Shown here: piece after piece, positions 1 to 13,989 of the stretch
How positions within the stretch are numbered: position 1 is the first letter of the stretch
Layout of the letters: each line of letters opens with the position of its first letter
Source of the DNA: Amphiscolops sp. MND2022
Taxonomy: Eukaryota
Length of the DNA: 64,000 nucleotides
Direction of reading: 5' to 3'
Assembly (NCBI GenBank): GCA_964187785.1
Contig: OZ076409.1
Span: 26,414,001 to 26,478,000 of the forward strand
Notes under the pieces: model-generated
Databases searched by the model: none
What the model was told of the DNA's origin: nothing
The model's input: only the letters and a program-made list of their open reading frames with translations
Program-made: the position numbers and the translations under genes

Positions 1-3000
1 AGATAAATAAGCTGGGAACAGCATAGGCAGACAGCTCAAAGCTCGAAAACAGAAAAAAAAACTTCAAAGCGTCAGGGAATCTTTTCAAAAAATTCTCAAT
101 CTCACCATGCAGAAAAAATCGAAGGGGCGGCCCTTTGGGCTTAAAAAGGTTTTTGGTTTCATTTACCACCAGGAAACATCGAAAAATCAAACCAAGAAAC
201 TATGTGAAATTTTAAAAAATTACTCAAAAAGTCGCGAAGTGTCGAAAAACCCAATGGGAGACTTTTTCGGGAAAAAACGATTTTTCATTATATACCAAAA
301 AAAACAAATGGGTGACCTTCTTGGAAAATTGACATTTTCCTTAAAAAGTCGCACAGTTGCGAAAACGACACTCAAATTCCTTTTAAATCCGAATAAGTGT
401 GTCGAAATGCGAATAAGTGGACCCTATCAGTCAATTTGACATTTTGTGAAAATTTTATGGCCATTCCGGGCGGATTGAAAACAAAACACAAAGGAAAGTA
501 GTATAAAAGTGGCATTTCACTTCACAACGTGCCAACAGAGAGAAAGATGATTTGGATATTCTTTACATCTCGGGTGAAAAGCATGTAAAAGAGTTCGATA
601 AAAAGAACAAAACTGGAACCTCAAGTTAGCACCCCACTCAACGCTCAAAAAGAGCAAACAATTTGAAATGTGCTCAGGGCTTTATGAAGGAACATCTCGT
701 CTCGTGATTATAAGAAAGCCAAAAAAAACATAAGGTGCCTTTCGTGCTCAAAAAATGTTTTTGTCTAAAAACAAAAAAGGCAAAACTGGTCAAAAAAGTC
801 GAATAGTACCGAAAAAAAACCGAAGGGGCCATTAGGTCATATAATCTCGAGGATATAGAAAACTCAATAGAAGACCCTTTGACCTTTTCGAGAACATTTT
901 AGCCTCCTTCAATGTCATTTAGCCTCCTTGGGTACCTTTAGAACTTAGGCGAACCATTCAGTGAGGTCTGCAGTGGGAGGAAAATACTTGATACTGTAAG
1001 CGTCGCTACAAAAAGCGCCGACTGAAAAAGTTCGAAAGTGGCTTTCAAAAAAATTCTAGAAATTCTCAGTTCATAAATTATCCACAAGGAGCACTTTAGG
1101 CTCAAACAAGCCGGGAACGGCCCAAGTCGGCGCCATATCTAGGGCTCAAAAAAAGTATTGGTGAATTGGGGACCCTTTTAATTTTTTTTTGAAAAAGTCT
1201 CACAATGCCGAAAAAAAACTGAAAGGGGGCCCCTTTGGGATTTTTCAACATCCGTCGGAAAATATCAAAAAAATGAAGGGGGACCCTTCGGTGATTTTTT
1301 TTCGAAAAAAAGTCTCACAGCTGAAAATACTCTAAGGGAGTACCCTTTGGCCCCGTTGAGTTTCTTAAATGATGTCAAAATACTACTTCGTAAGCTAACT
1401 ACGAATTGTAAGAAATTGTAAGATTGTAAGAATTGTTAGAAAAGTGGACCATTCAAAAAGAGATTGTCAGCTGAAAAAAAACTACCCACTGTAATAGTCG
1501 GGCTTTTTTCCTCAAGGGAAAAAACGCCGACTAAAAACGATTTTCACAATCGAAAGACTTTTGAAAAACCTAAAACAGGAAAACATTTTTCCGGAAGAAG
1601 TCGCATAGTGCCAGGAAACCCAAAATTGGAACCATTTAGGCTCGAAAAGGATTCACTGAAAACATCAAAAGGCCCAAAATGGGAATGAAAGATTTCGATA
1701 AAAGCAACAGTGCCAAAAACGCAAACCCAGGCCTCGCTTACTATTCGCAAACCTTAAAAAATTAGATCAGCGCTGGATTCGAAGAAGTTACGCTTACCCG
1801 CCCGATAAATGGTGGGCTAAGCAAGCAGTATAAACAAAGGCTGTTCAGATCCAATCTGTCAAATTACAGAAAAAACCTAATCACTGAAATAGTCGGGCAT
1901 AAAAAAGCAGACAACAGTGGGAATTTTTTCTCCAGGTGTCCCTGAAAAACCAATCGGAGGTGCCCTTTTCCATTAGTGAAAACTTTTTTTTAGTCAGCGC
2001 TTTCTTGACTATTATAGTGGCTTTTCGTCGTTGTTTTTCATTTTTCATCCACACGAAATGACAAAAATAGTTCTACAAAATTTTGCTCTGTCCATTTTTA
2101 TCAGATGGAGCAATTATACGGTAAATACTATTCGGGCTAGCAGGTTATATCCGATTTTTGTCGTAGTATACGAAGAAAGTTGTGTTTCACTAAAGATGAG
2201 GCGGGAGTTCAAAAATAATGCGCTACAACCGAACTATGACGTTAAATTGGAAGGAAATTGCGTTTTACTATGGAGGACCTAGGAGGAAGCGGAGGCTTGA
2301 AATTATTGCGCTAACATCCAAAATGTGACGTTACATCTGCAGTAAATTGGGTTTTACTAAGGAGGAAGCCGAGGTTGTTAAAAAGGGCCCGCACGTGACC
2401 CAGCACGCTAGATCCTACCATTCAACGTTATATGAAGTAAATTGCGTTCTACTAAGGAGGAGGCGGAGGATCGAAAATATTGCGCTAGAACCTGACATAT
2501 TTGAAGGACATGATATATTTTTATGAGCATTTGTACAAGTTGGTAACTTCTCACTGCTACGTGGTCTAGAGGTCAACGCGGATTTTCTGTCCTGGTGGCG
2601 AAGTCTGAGAAGCAGAAGTACGTGGATTCGAGTATCACACTAAACCAAAAAATTATGTTGGTAAAAGTTGAGGGACCAAAAGGTCCTCCTTTAGGATTTT
2701 TTAGCACTATGCATTTTTTTTCAAAAAGTTCTTCAATCGAAGTGCTTCTTTATGATTTTCAGCACGAACAAAGCGTTTTGCGAGCATAGAGGGCCACATG
2801 TTTTTTAAAAGATTTAAAAAGTTCCCATTTTTGATTTTGAGGTTTTCTGAGAGGAAAACACTCTCAGAATCCAAAGAATGACCTCATGGAATATTGTTTT
2901 GATCCTGTGGAACGGATGAGAGTTTTCTCAATAATTGTGGGAATGTCTTACTTTCATAAATGTTTTCCACTGAAGAAAAACGTTTTGCAAGCTTAAACCC

Positions 3001-4365
3001 AGATGAGAGACTTTTCCCAGTGATTTTCGAGTTTTATGCGCATCAATACGGGTATTTTTCGGCACTGAGAAATTGATAAAATTTTGACAAAAAAGTCCAT
3101 TTTACATTAAAGATAATAGTTTTTTAAAACTTGTGCGGGACGCCGACTTGGACCGTTCCCGACTTATGTTATTTCCTCTTATGCTATTTGGTATGTAACA
3201 GATGAACTCATCCTTTAACAAATTCAAAAGACTTCACGCTTTTTGAGCTGTGAGCGGGGCATCAACGTAACGGCTCGTTCTATCAATTACAACAAGAATT
3301 AATGCGAAAACACCAAGGATCACTTTCACGTTTTTCGGCACTTCGAGACCAAATGTTTTTATTGCATGTTTTCGATAGCACACCGAACTTGTATAAACTT
3401 TTGGAGATTCCGTCTTAAGTTGAAATGATGGTTTCTCCCTATATTTATTCTCCCTATATAATTATTCATTCAGCGGAGTTGCTTCAGCATTGCGAAATTA
3501 TAAAGCAAACAAACTTGATCTGAGGGTTGAATGATCTGTTAAGCGGTCTAATCATTGGAGCTGATCAAATTTCAAATTCCGATTGTTACTTGCGTTCACG
3601 GTGCAAAATGTTGGGTGGTTGGAAGATTAAATTTTTGAGCTCCCAGTGTAGAAGGGGAGTTCGAAAGAAAATATCCAAAGCATGTAAAAAGCAAATTCAG
3701 AAACCGAAGAAACAGCCCTGATTTGAATTTGATCGAGCAGTATTGAGCTGAATATTTCAGGCAATAAAGAATTTAGAGGCGCGAATAACGTGTAAGGAAT
3801 AACGTTTAAAAAGGTTTCGGGAAAAACGTCTGAAGGAATAACATCTCAAATTCGATGTATGTACTAAGATTGAGAATGAGCATGACTTAAACGTTATTCG
3901 TTAGACGCTATTCCAGCTTGCCAAAGGAATTCAACATTAAGATACAGTTTAACTTCAGTATTACACACCTCGTTGGGAGAAAACGCTCAAGTACGTTATT
4001 CTGAAGTGTGTGTTATAAGCGAAAAAGACCAAATGATGAAAACCAAACACGGGGGCACAAAATATGTGCGTTATTCTGAAGGTTACACTATAGTGCACGT
4101 GTGTGATACTGAAGTTAAACTGTATAACACGAACCAAATATACCAACACGAACCAAATAGGTACATGTAGTTCAAAGCTAGATTCACGTCTGGTGAAATC
4201 AAATTCACGCAAGTTCAATGTCGGGAGTCACGTTACGAATTTGGAACGATAAGCATGGACTTTAACAGTCTGTATTTCTCAGAAATATTCAGCTTCGAAA
4301 ATAGAGTTTTCATCATTCAAATAGTAATAGCTTTTCCATGAGAAATAAAAACCAAAGGGTTAGAT

Positions 4366-5305
4366 CAGGCATGTCAGTTTTTCACGGGAACAAAAACTGT
4401 TTTTCATTACACGATTCACGCAAAATTTTTGTGTTTTACACGCTATTTTTCACGTAATTTCTCAATAAAAACGAGACCATTTTTAGTCGGCGCTTTTCTA
4501 GGGAAAAGTGCCCGACTCTCACAGTGGGTAGTTTTTAGTCGGCGCCTTTTCCTTTAAGGAAAAAAGCCCGACTATTACAGTGGCTAGTTTTTTTTTTTCG
4601 TCAGACCACAGAGCTCATCGCGTATGTACCACTTTTTACAGACTTTACTGTCGCTCACATGTACTCGTCAGTACTCGGTTTACGGTGAACCCAGCGGTCA
4701 CGGGTTCGAGTCCTTGCTTTAGTCAGAAACTTTTTCGAGCAATTTTTTTCGGCACTGTGCGACTTTTTTTTCGAATTTTTTTTTGTCGCCAAAGGGTCCC
4801 CCCTTCAAGTTTTTTGATATTTTGCAGCAAACTGAAGTTTCAAAAAGCCCAAAGGGCCCCCTTTCTAGTTTTTCGGCACTATGAGACTGTTTCAAAAATC
4901 TCATTTTTCGCTTTTTTTTCGAAAATTTTTCCAAAAAATTTTTATTTTTTTTAAATGTGCCTCCAAAGGGTCTCCCTCAACTTTTTTGATATTTTGCAAC
5001 AGACTGGATTTTGAAAAAGTCGAAAGGATCCCCCCTTTAACAAATTTTAAAAAAAATTGCGCTTTTTTGAGCCTTAGATATAGCGCCGACTTTAGACGTT
5101 CCCGTCTTCTTTACAATTTAATCACATTAAAGTAAATAAATAGTAATTTATCGAGTGTCGCTTCATCCAAGCGTCGCCGATCGTCCGACAAAAGTTTGTT
5201 GTAACCAATTTTAATTTCATCGCGATGTAAATATATTTCATCGCGAATCAGCATATTACACAAATTATTGCGCGGAATACACGCCGTGAATTTCTGACAT
5301 GCCTG
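4366..5305 (-). mobile_element. Internally deleted hAT element with a nested repeat
   Basis: TIRs CAGGCATGTCAG / CTGACATGCCTG; perfect 8-bp TSD GGTTAGAT (4358-4365, 5306-5313). Minus-strand remnant LLSDDRRRLDEATLDKLLFIYFN resembles the hAT C-terminal dimerisation region. Confidence 0.85.
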
Positions 5306-5465
5306 GGTTAGATTGCACTCCGCAGAAATGCATGCTGAGGGACCAGTAAATTTCACGCTTCCGTTTCACGCTAATTTTACGAACTTTTTTTTCCTAAATT
5401 AGAAAAATTCTTTGGATTGGCGCTGACATACAATACAAAAGCAACAATTTCTTCAGTTGTACAAT

Positions 5466-5954
5466 CAGGCTTGTAAAATGAATAGAATATCGAAAAATTA
5501 TCGCAATAAATATATTGCAATAATTTTTTTAAAGACCCATATATTGCAATAATCTGTTGAAAAACCGTTCGATATTCTTTTTAAAAACATTGGCTGAAAG
5601 AGCTTTAAAAAAGCTAAAAGCTTGTTCTTCGGACCAACCTGAGAGGAAAAGATACGAAGTGGAGTTTATTACCCCAACTTCGAACATAATGGAGTAGAAC
5701 ATTTTCAGTTCTACCAGAAGAGTGCCGACTGACTATTGCCAACGAATGAATCCAGCACAACCCTGGAGGAAAGCATGTTCCTGAGGAGCAACCGCTTTCT
5801 GGAATGCCAATACTCTTCAAGGGATCCTTACAGGGGAACAAGAGAATGACGATGATTTGCAATAATCGATATTCTGTTTGCTGATATTGCAATAATCTGT
5901 TTTTATTCTTGTTGAATTCAGATATTATTGCAATAATTATTTTTTACAAGCCTG
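5466..5954 (+). mobile_element. Non-autonomous hAT element (MITE-sized)
   Basis: TIRs CAGGCTTGTAAAA / TTTTACAAGCCTG; 8-bp TSD TGTACAAT / CGTACAAT (1 mismatch); subterminal TATTGCAATAAT repeats. Internal FITPTSNIME*NIFS resembles the hAT PxTSxxxERxFS motif. Confidence 0.8.
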
Positions 5955-6854
5955 CGTACAATCCAGATTTTGACGCTCAAGGGTGAGAACTTTCAAATGG
6001 CTTTAAAAAATTTGCGGTTCATGCTCAGCACGAAATTTTACACTTGAAAAATTGTGCAAATGAAAAAATTTTGCATAGTTACAAATACTTGGAGGATTGC
6101 CTCTAGATGGCTGCTTTGACACTTCGGCCAAAAAATGGCCCTGTAATTTTTGGTATTGTTTTCCAAAAAAGCAAAATTTCAAGCCCGGAGAAGCCAAAAT
6201 CGTAGTTCAACGTAAAATTTCTCTGCCATAAAATAAAATGAGCAACTTTTAATTACAAATCAAAGATAGGATTGTTTGTAGATGAAACAACCAATTTACA
6301 ATGGTGGTGAAAGTTAAAAAAGTTCGCCAATTAAGACTTGCAAAAATTGCATTGAGCTGAAACACAATTCCGTTCTATTTTTGCATTTCAACCAATTCGA
6401 AAATTTTTACTCGCCAACTTTAACGACCAGCATCAGAGTTCAGGAAATTTTTTCTATGACCGCGTTCTATGCTTTTCAGTACCGCATCTCTCAATTTTGA
6501 CTCATTGAAGAAGCACATGTGCACATCTTCGTTATTACAGTATCAAATTGCCGAAATTGATATTGCTCAAAAAGAATTCAGAACTATGAACTTTCCCAAA
6601 CAGTTTGTAGGCATTTGTGAACAAAGACTAATTATTCCAGGCAAATAAGCCGTTTGACATGGATAAAAATCAAAATGGGCAGTTACAAATAAGGGTTGTG
6701 GGTAATTATAGTTTACAAAACAAGACGAGAACGTCAAAAGTCGGCGCTATTCTAAGGCTCAAAAAGCACAAAACATTTTTTGGAAAAAAACTTGAAAATT
6801 TTTTCTTTCGAAAAATGTCGCATAGTGCTGAAAAATGTAAAAAGCCTTTTTACA

Positions 6855-7807
6855 TTTTCCGCCACCACAATTTATTGTGCAGGGGAGCAAAATTACCATC
6901 TGTGTCGTTTTTTTACAGATTCTGCCATTTTATTACTCCAGTTAGTATGTGGATATTTTACCGTGGCCCAGTTCGTGGTTTCGAACCCGGAATGGAGCTT
7001 GAAAATTTTGTGTCGGAAAATATCCCGGTCCTTGGCAGATTTGCATTCGTAACCGCTTGAAAGGATTTGAACTAGCCAGATCGGCAGGTTGAGTCCTTCA
7101 GCTGCTAGTTTTTAGTCAGCGCGTTTTCCTTTTGAGGCAAAATGCCTGACTATAGCAGTGACCTTTTTTTCTTCAGACCACATCACTGAAGGGGTCCTCA
7201 GGGGGACCCTTTAATTTATTTATAAACATACATTCTGTTGCAAAATAACCAAGAACTCAAAGGGGGGCCCTTTGGGGACATAACAAAATTTTCGAGAAGA
7301 GTCACACAGTGCCGAAAAAAATCGAAAGGAGGGGTTCTTTAGTCCCGTCCGGTTTTGTAGGTTACCTTGAAAAAGTAAAAAATGAAAGGGGGCTTTGCAC
7401 TAAGTTTGCGTTGGCCGGACTTGGCCTTAAATGGTTTCAGAGATGTTCCTAAAAAGTGGACCGATCAGTGTCAGTGATGTGGTCTGAAGAAAAAAAGGTC
7501 ACTGCTATAGTCAGGCATTTTGCCTCAAAAGGAAAACGCGCTGACTAAAAACTAGCAGCTGAAGGACTCAACCTGCCGATCTGGCTAGTTCAAATCCTTT
7601 CACGCGGTTACGAATGCAAATCTGCCAAGCACCGGGATATTTTCCGGCACAAAAATTTCAAGCTCCATTCCGGGTTCGAACCCACGAACTGGGCCACGGT
7701 AAAATATCCACATACTAACTGGAGTAATAAAATGGCAGAATCTGTTAAAAAAACGACACAGATGGTAAATTTGCTCCCCTGCACAATAAATTGTGGTGGC
7801 GGAGAAT
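6855..7807. repeat. Long inverted repeat (foldback/MITE-like): ~335-bp arms, ~280-bp spacer
   Basis: 6855-7189 is the near-exact reverse complement of 7471-7807. ORFs at 6659(+) and 7600(-) give the same peptide. Confidence 0.9.
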
Positions 7808-8921
7808 AACAAAAGGTGATCATCATAGCGTCTTTTCGTCGTTTTTTTTTATTTTTTCAATCCGGTCGAAGTGATAACAAGCCGGGACTGGCCCAAGTCG
7901 GCGCCATATCTAAGGCTCAAAAATAGCAAAAGGACTTCCAAGTGTCAAGTATTCTTTTACAGTACTCGAAAATCGAAAATTTTTCGAAATTTTTCTTTGA
8001 AAAAATTACATACTAAAAAAATGGACCGAGTGGCGCGCCGGGGCCCGCTAGCGCGAGCCCCTGGCGCGCTAAAGTCTCACAATGCCGAAAAACTGAAAGG
8101 GGGGACCCTTTGAGGTTTTTCAACATCCATTCTGTCGCAAAAGATGAAAAAATTGAAGAAAACAAAAATTTTCATTTTCGGGAAAAAATCTCACAATGCC
8201 GAAAAAAACTGAAAGGGGGGACCCTTTGGAATTTTTCAACATCCATTCTGTCGCAAAACATCAAAAAAATTGCAGGGGGAGCCTTCGGGGAAAATTTTTT
8301 TTTCGAAAAAAAAAGTCTCGCAGTGCCGAAAAAAATGAAAAGGGGGAGTCTTTGGTCTCGCCCGGTATGGTATGTTACGCGGAAAAACAGGAAAAACCTT
8401 TTTGGTTCAGTTCGCTAGACCAAATAGTGCATTTTGATGCAATAATACTTTGTAGAACTTTTGTAAAACTATTTTGGTCAGTTCGTGTGGATAGAAAAAA
8501 AAGAGTCACTATAATAGTCGCGTTTCACTTCATGAAGCGCCGACTAAAAAAACATTTTGGGATTGTTGGCACTGTGATATTCTCTTTCCATCAATTTTGT
8601 TTTCGTTTCGGTTCACTAAAAGCGGCTTTCGGACACGATAGGCTGGCTTACCTGAAGTTTGCAGACTTCCAAAAGGTCCCCAGGCTCCTTCGAATAGTTT
8701 CCAGCAATGTGCAACTTTTTCATGAAATTTTTTTCATTTCACAAACGGGTCCCTTGTTTTTTGACATTTTTAGATAGAAGCCCTTTCAAGCACCCAGGAA
8801 ATTTTTCTAAAAATTCTTAAAAACGGCCTTTCAGCATGTTCGAAACAGAAAAAAAAGCTTTTTTTTATACGGCACTTAGATCGGGAATTTTTTCAAAACA
8901 GTTCCCTGATGATTCGGATTA

Positions 8922-9697
8922 CCATACTGTAATAAATGAATTGGCCCTCTGATTGTAAAAAAATAATTTGGATTGAAAATAAATTAGCTCGAAACCAGAG
9001 TGATTTTGGAGGTAATCAAAAAACGCTTGATGAAATCTTGATCAAATATTATTAAGTTTGTGAAAACGCTTCAGAATCAGTTTTGCAAACAATTTAGGAA
9101 CTTTGTAATATCACTTTCACCAACTTGTATTTATACTAAATTTTGATCTAGGAGCAAATTTTGCAAAAATAGACGTCTCACAGACGCAGTTTTGCAATTT
9201 GTGATGACAGAGACTAATCCATCCACTAACGACGATAATATGTTTTGTTTAAGAAAACTATAAAAATATAAGGGTTCTTTCAAAAGTAATTTTATGCCCT
9301 ATCTTAATACATTGCATTCAAGTTTCGTTCTATGAAATGTCCTGTTCAAGAAGGTTTCTTTTCAAAGTTCTGCCATAAAAAATATTTCAGTGGATACTTT
9401 TGTTGAAAAAGCGTCTGAAAGATTAAAAACGAACTTTTTTCAACACTCAAGGCTTTCGAAATTTGAACTAAAATAAGTTAGAAACGAAATCAAAAGTAAA
9501 ATGCATAGTTTCTAAGTTTTTGTAAATTGATCTCAGAATTTTCAAATAATATTGTTTGTAATCAACGTAAAAATTTAATAAACTTTTAGTTTTACAGTTT
9601 TCCGAAAAACCTTTTCGTTCAGAATATTTTGGTCTCCTTTAATCGAGTCCAAATCATTTTTTACAATCAGAGGTCCAATTCATTTATTACAGTATGG
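8922..9697. mobile_element. Tc1/mariner-type MITE
   Basis: ~50-bp TIRs (CCATACTGTAATAAATGAATTGG... / ...CCAATTCATTTATTACAGTATGG) flanked by TA on both sides; no ORF. Confidence 0.85.
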
Positions 9698-11546
9698 TAC
9701 TTTACGTCTTTCAAGCTTTCAGCGGTGTGCTGACTTATTGTTTTGAGGAACAATCCGTAGTCGGCGCCAACAAAGAGCGCGTACATGAAAGCAAGTACTA
9801 GCTTAACATCGAAGATTGGTGAAGTCGATAAAGTCAGATAAAACTGCTATAACCATCCAAAACATTTTCGGAAAAACGTTATCTTTAATTTAGCATAAAT
9901 GTTTGGGAGAAAATCATTTTTTGTGAATTGCTAGAAGTAAATATGTTAATTCAAAATTGACTTTTCTAAACGTTTTCATTTTTGAATTTTGCAAAAGAAA
10001 ATTCACTGAAGGCATCTAAATTTTAGGGATGAGGGACAAAACAGCCGTTTCTGCACGGGACAAAATACTGATTTCAAGAGCGAGACAAAATAGCCGATTT
10101 TGAATATAGGACATAGAATAGGTAAAATGTTTAAAAATTATTTCATCATTTCATTATATAAGACCGATAAAAAATTATTGAGTGATTGATGCGTTTTGAA
10201 ATGTAATCATCTAATCACACTTGAGACAGAAAAATAAAGACAAAGTATCGTATCCGTAGTTTAAACATCCGATATAACAAACTACTCAATGCAATGCGAT
10301 CTATCCGATATAATATACTCAATCTGGCATTTTCTTGCTGGTGTAATTTCGTAAATAGAATCCTTTTTGTGCCAATTATCTTTGATTATTGCGCTTGTTT
10401 GATGTGTGAATTAAAATCGACTGTTCTGTCCCATTTTCAAAATCGACTGTTTTGTCCCAAATTTTGGACGATGGAACTATTTTCCCAAAATTTTGGACTA
10501 AGTAGTAATGATCTCTTGTATTCAATTTCTGAAGCTATCGAAGAATGAATATTTTGTGAACACTCACTTGTTTTATGTCAAGGAAAACTATCGCAATTAG
10601 CGGCTGAGACTAGGAAAAGTAAAAAAAACCACAGACAATAGGTCAAAATTGATCTGAAGAAATAGTTGAAAGAAGATTACCAGCTGAAAAAACCGAGTTT
10701 CGGAATTTTAATAAAAGTCAAGCTATCACAGAAATATCAACTGGCAAACAAATGATCAGAATGCGATATCATCAAAAGAATTTCACAAGCCTGAAGCATC
10801 TACTCAAGCATCTATTTCTACTCACGAACAAACTAACTGCCTTGCAGGATAAGACTGAATTGAATTATTACACTCAATGTTAGTAACAGAAGGTAGTCTC
10901 TTTTTGAAACAAGTCGGGAACTGCATAAGTCGGATACCCGCTGAAGGTTTTGGTCTTGAAACGGCTTCTTTTCTCACTGAAGTATCAAAAAACCGAAGCG
11001 AAAACCCTTTGTGAAACATAATTTTGCCCAAAAAATGTCGCACAGTGCCGAGAAAACCAAAAGTGGGACCTTGTGCAAAATTGAAAATTTTTTGTCATGT
11101 CTCACATAAATAAATAACCCTTTCGAAATAAGCCTCTAATATCGTTTTAAATTTAATTAACTTTGTCAAAGTATGAAAGAGAGGACCCTTCCGACCAATT
11201 TGTCAATTCATAGAATTTCGGTATTAAAATGGTCAGTCACTTTGACCGGATCGAAACAAAAGTTTTTCATAAGGCGCCGGTAAATAAGACGTTAAGTTGC
11301 AACGGCTTGTTTCTCTAAGAGTTAATAGTTATGGCATCAAGCCGTAACATGACTTGTTCTATGATAGTCTTCTAACAATCTAACAAAGCTTGTTTCTGTT
11401 GACGTAGGCTTCATCAAGCAAAAACGAAAAAAAGAAAGCATTAATCAAACGGAAAAAATTTCGTCCACTAATTGAATAATCGATATAAGAGCATCATTAG
11501 TTGACATACATGGTTTCTACTTCACATTACAAGACAATCAAGCAAC

Positions 11547-12955
11547 TCAGCTTGCCATTTGGAGGTTAAGGTCATCATTGAAGGAGAAAGCAGTACGAAA
11601 CATTGTTGGGCTTTGGATGAAAAAGTTATTGACCAATCCTTCACAATACGATTCTTTGAAGCGGTTCAAAGGTTTTCCATTTTCATCAGACATAAAATAA
11701 TCTTCGAAACGAGGCCTGAAAATGGCAGAAAGGCAAGTATTGATATCATTCAGATGATTTACATACACCTCGCCTTCGAAAAACCGCATCAAGGAATCTC
11801 CTCCCAACATCTCGCGTATCATCTTTTTGACCATGTCAAACTGGGATTTGAAGAGCCGATATTTTTGAATACATTCTTCTTGGTTGTCAGCCCAATCTAC
11901 GTGACAAGCACCAAATACACAATTTGTCCAGTTCAGAAAGTGAAGTTGATGAACAGTCTTTTCAACTGAACAAGCCTCTGCAAACTTGATGAAATCCTTC
12001 TTTGGCATATAATCGGGAACGTTTGACCAATCGATCCCATAGGGACATAGCTCCTTTACTTTTTTGGCAAAAGCCATCTCTTTTGGATCAATGAACTTTG
12101 TTTCAAAAGAACATTCGATTCGTCCACTGTGAATTAAATCTTTGAATTTCGAGGTTGCTTCACGGGTTGCATGAGTTATAGTTGCGTACAAAGAAGGCTC
12201 AATTGAAACCTCCCTACCGTAAGTAATAGCATGCAAGTCGATGCCTTTGAAAAAGGCTTCATCTTTAAGCTTGACAGCTCCCTCATAATTGGTGAACATA
12301 GTAGGATTACCGCATACCAATTTGTCCTCAGCCACAAAAATGCACCCAGTGAACAGATATCGACAGAAAGCAACACGGTCCTCTTCAAATTTCATGGTCC
12401 ACACATCATCAAAAGAAGAGTTTTCCAACCCCTGTGAAAACAACTTCTTAGCTTTAGGTATAGCTATATCAATATTTCTCCATTTTCTCAACAACGCCTC
12501 ATCTTTCTTATCCAGGTTGAACGTTTCGGGTTTGTCCAAAGCCGCATGAACAACTTTCTTGAAGCATGTTTCAGTTTCAATGTCCCAGCAGGATGAAAAC
12601 CATATTTGCAAGATGCTTTCTGTGCTTATTTCACTTTCTTTGAAATGCTTCATGGCTCCGTAAATGAGTTTACTCCGCAATGTGACAACTTGACTCATGT
12701 CAAACCCATAAAAAGTCAGCTTCAGGGTTTCGTCTTCAACCCCTCTGTAGGTTCCCCATAGCAATTGAAAAAGGTCGACGAACCCGAACCCCACGTAAAC
12801 ATGGCCGAACTCATATACTTGATTAATTATGCTCGTGTTGCGCATGGTTTGGAAATGATTGTTACTCTCATACGCTGGGTAATATCTTCTCTCGTATATA
12901 TCTCCAGCTTTCCTTCCAGGTTCAGAAAGAAACTCCAGAAGATGATCTTTATCCA
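11547..12955 (-). CDS. Last exon of a probable zf-MYND-containing protein; large uncharacterised domain, possibly SAM-methyltransferase-like
   Basis: 469-codon open frame. A phase-1 acceptor (GCATAG|TGGAT, weak pyrimidine tract) matches the phase-1 donor of the MYND exon, giving ~587 aa. Motifs VGFGFVDL, GFDMS and DWSNVPDYM. Extra exons in between are not excluded. Confidence 0.7.
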
Positions 12956-13259
12956 CTATGCAACACCCCCACCTTCAACAATGTGCATTTTTTATACAGT
13001 TGAGGTGCTTTTTAATGTGCGAGGAAACAAACCAGGAATGGTCTGAGTCGACGCACGTTTAAGTGCGAAGTCTTTCAAATGAACGCAGGGACGCTTTTCG
13101 AAAAATTCTCGAAAATTGCACGATGTCAAAAATATTCAAATGAGGGACACACCATATCTAAGGCTCAAAAATCCAAAAAAGTCTCATATTACTGGAACTC
13201 TGACCCTCGAGCAATACGTAGGACGCAAATTATGTGAAATTTTGGGGAAAAATCGATAA

Positions 13260-13405
13260 TGTTATACGAGAAATGAAAACATTACATCCGATCTTTGAAA
13301 ACGTTACATCCGAACTTTGGAAACGTTATATCCAAACTTTAAAACTTTATTTCCGAACTTTGAAAACGTTATATCCGAACTTTGAAAATGTTACATCCGA
13401 ACTTT
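13260..13405 (+). repeat. ~22-bp minisatellite (AAAACGTTACATCCGAACTTTG)
   Basis: About 6-7 tandem copies. The same unit occurs reversed at ~24870-25003 and ~32735-32865. Confidence 0.85.
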
Positions 13406-13524
13406 GACACAGAGGCGAAGCGGTGCTTCGCAACACATGACGAAGACATCGATTATTTTAATATGCGTATATATTATTTTAATCGCATGCGTATATATTC
13501 AACAGTTCAACTTTGTTCAATAAC

Positions 13525-13595
13525 GTCCCTATGGCACAGTGGTCAACACTTATGCCGTGTAATCGGGAGGCTGCAGGTTCGAATCTCTCTGGGTT
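13525..13595 (+). pseudogene. tRNA-derived sequence (SINE head or tRNA pseudogene)
   Basis: A-box-like TGGCACAGTGG and B-box GGTTCGAATC at tRNA spacing; stems imperfect. Confidence 0.5.
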
Positions 13596-13989
13596 TTGGC
13601 TTTTATCTAAAAGGCGCTCATTATGAAGTTGACTATAGTGGAAAAAAACTTTCTTAGCTGGACTGCAATGCACATTGACTTCGTCATGTGCAAAAACGTT
13701 ACATCCCAACTAAAATCCGGGTTAACCTCTCGGCTAAGCAGTTGAACAAATGTGGACCATTCCGAGTGAGCTGAAAAAACTACCCACTGTAGTAGTCGGG
13801 CATTTTTCTTAGTAAAAGCGCCGACTAAAAACAGCATGGAAATCATGTATGCAATTTTTAGTCGTTTGAAGGCATCTTTTCGATTGCTTAAAAGGAGATT
13901 CTGCAAATCCATAGAAGAGGGTTGAAATGGTTGTTCTGTACTTTACTTTGGGGTGCTAAGAAAAATTGCAAACAAACATTGAAACATCG

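Larger units (their letters stand above)
1..8770. repeat. Mosaic of a dispersed repeat family (recurring motifs AAAGGGGGGACCCTTT, TCTCACAATGCCGAAAA, TTTTAGTCGGCGC, CCCAAGTCGGCGCCATATCTAAGGCTCAAAA)
   Basis: The same motifs recur in both orientations at ~1110-1340, 4480-5100, 6720-6830, 7200-7330 and 7880-8550, and again at ~23620-24090. ORFs here are low-complexity K/F-rich readouts of the repeats. Confidence 0.7.

Noticed and set aside
2552..4715. tRNA genes at ~2552-2640 and ~4670-4715 (also ~24116-24157)
   Set aside because: Only partial A/B-box similarity and no complete cloverleaf; likely repeat-embedded tRNA-derived fragments.
107..8777. K/F-rich ORFs (e.g. 8196-8777, 193 aa)
   Set aside because: Translations of A/T-run dispersed repeats with no protein motifs.
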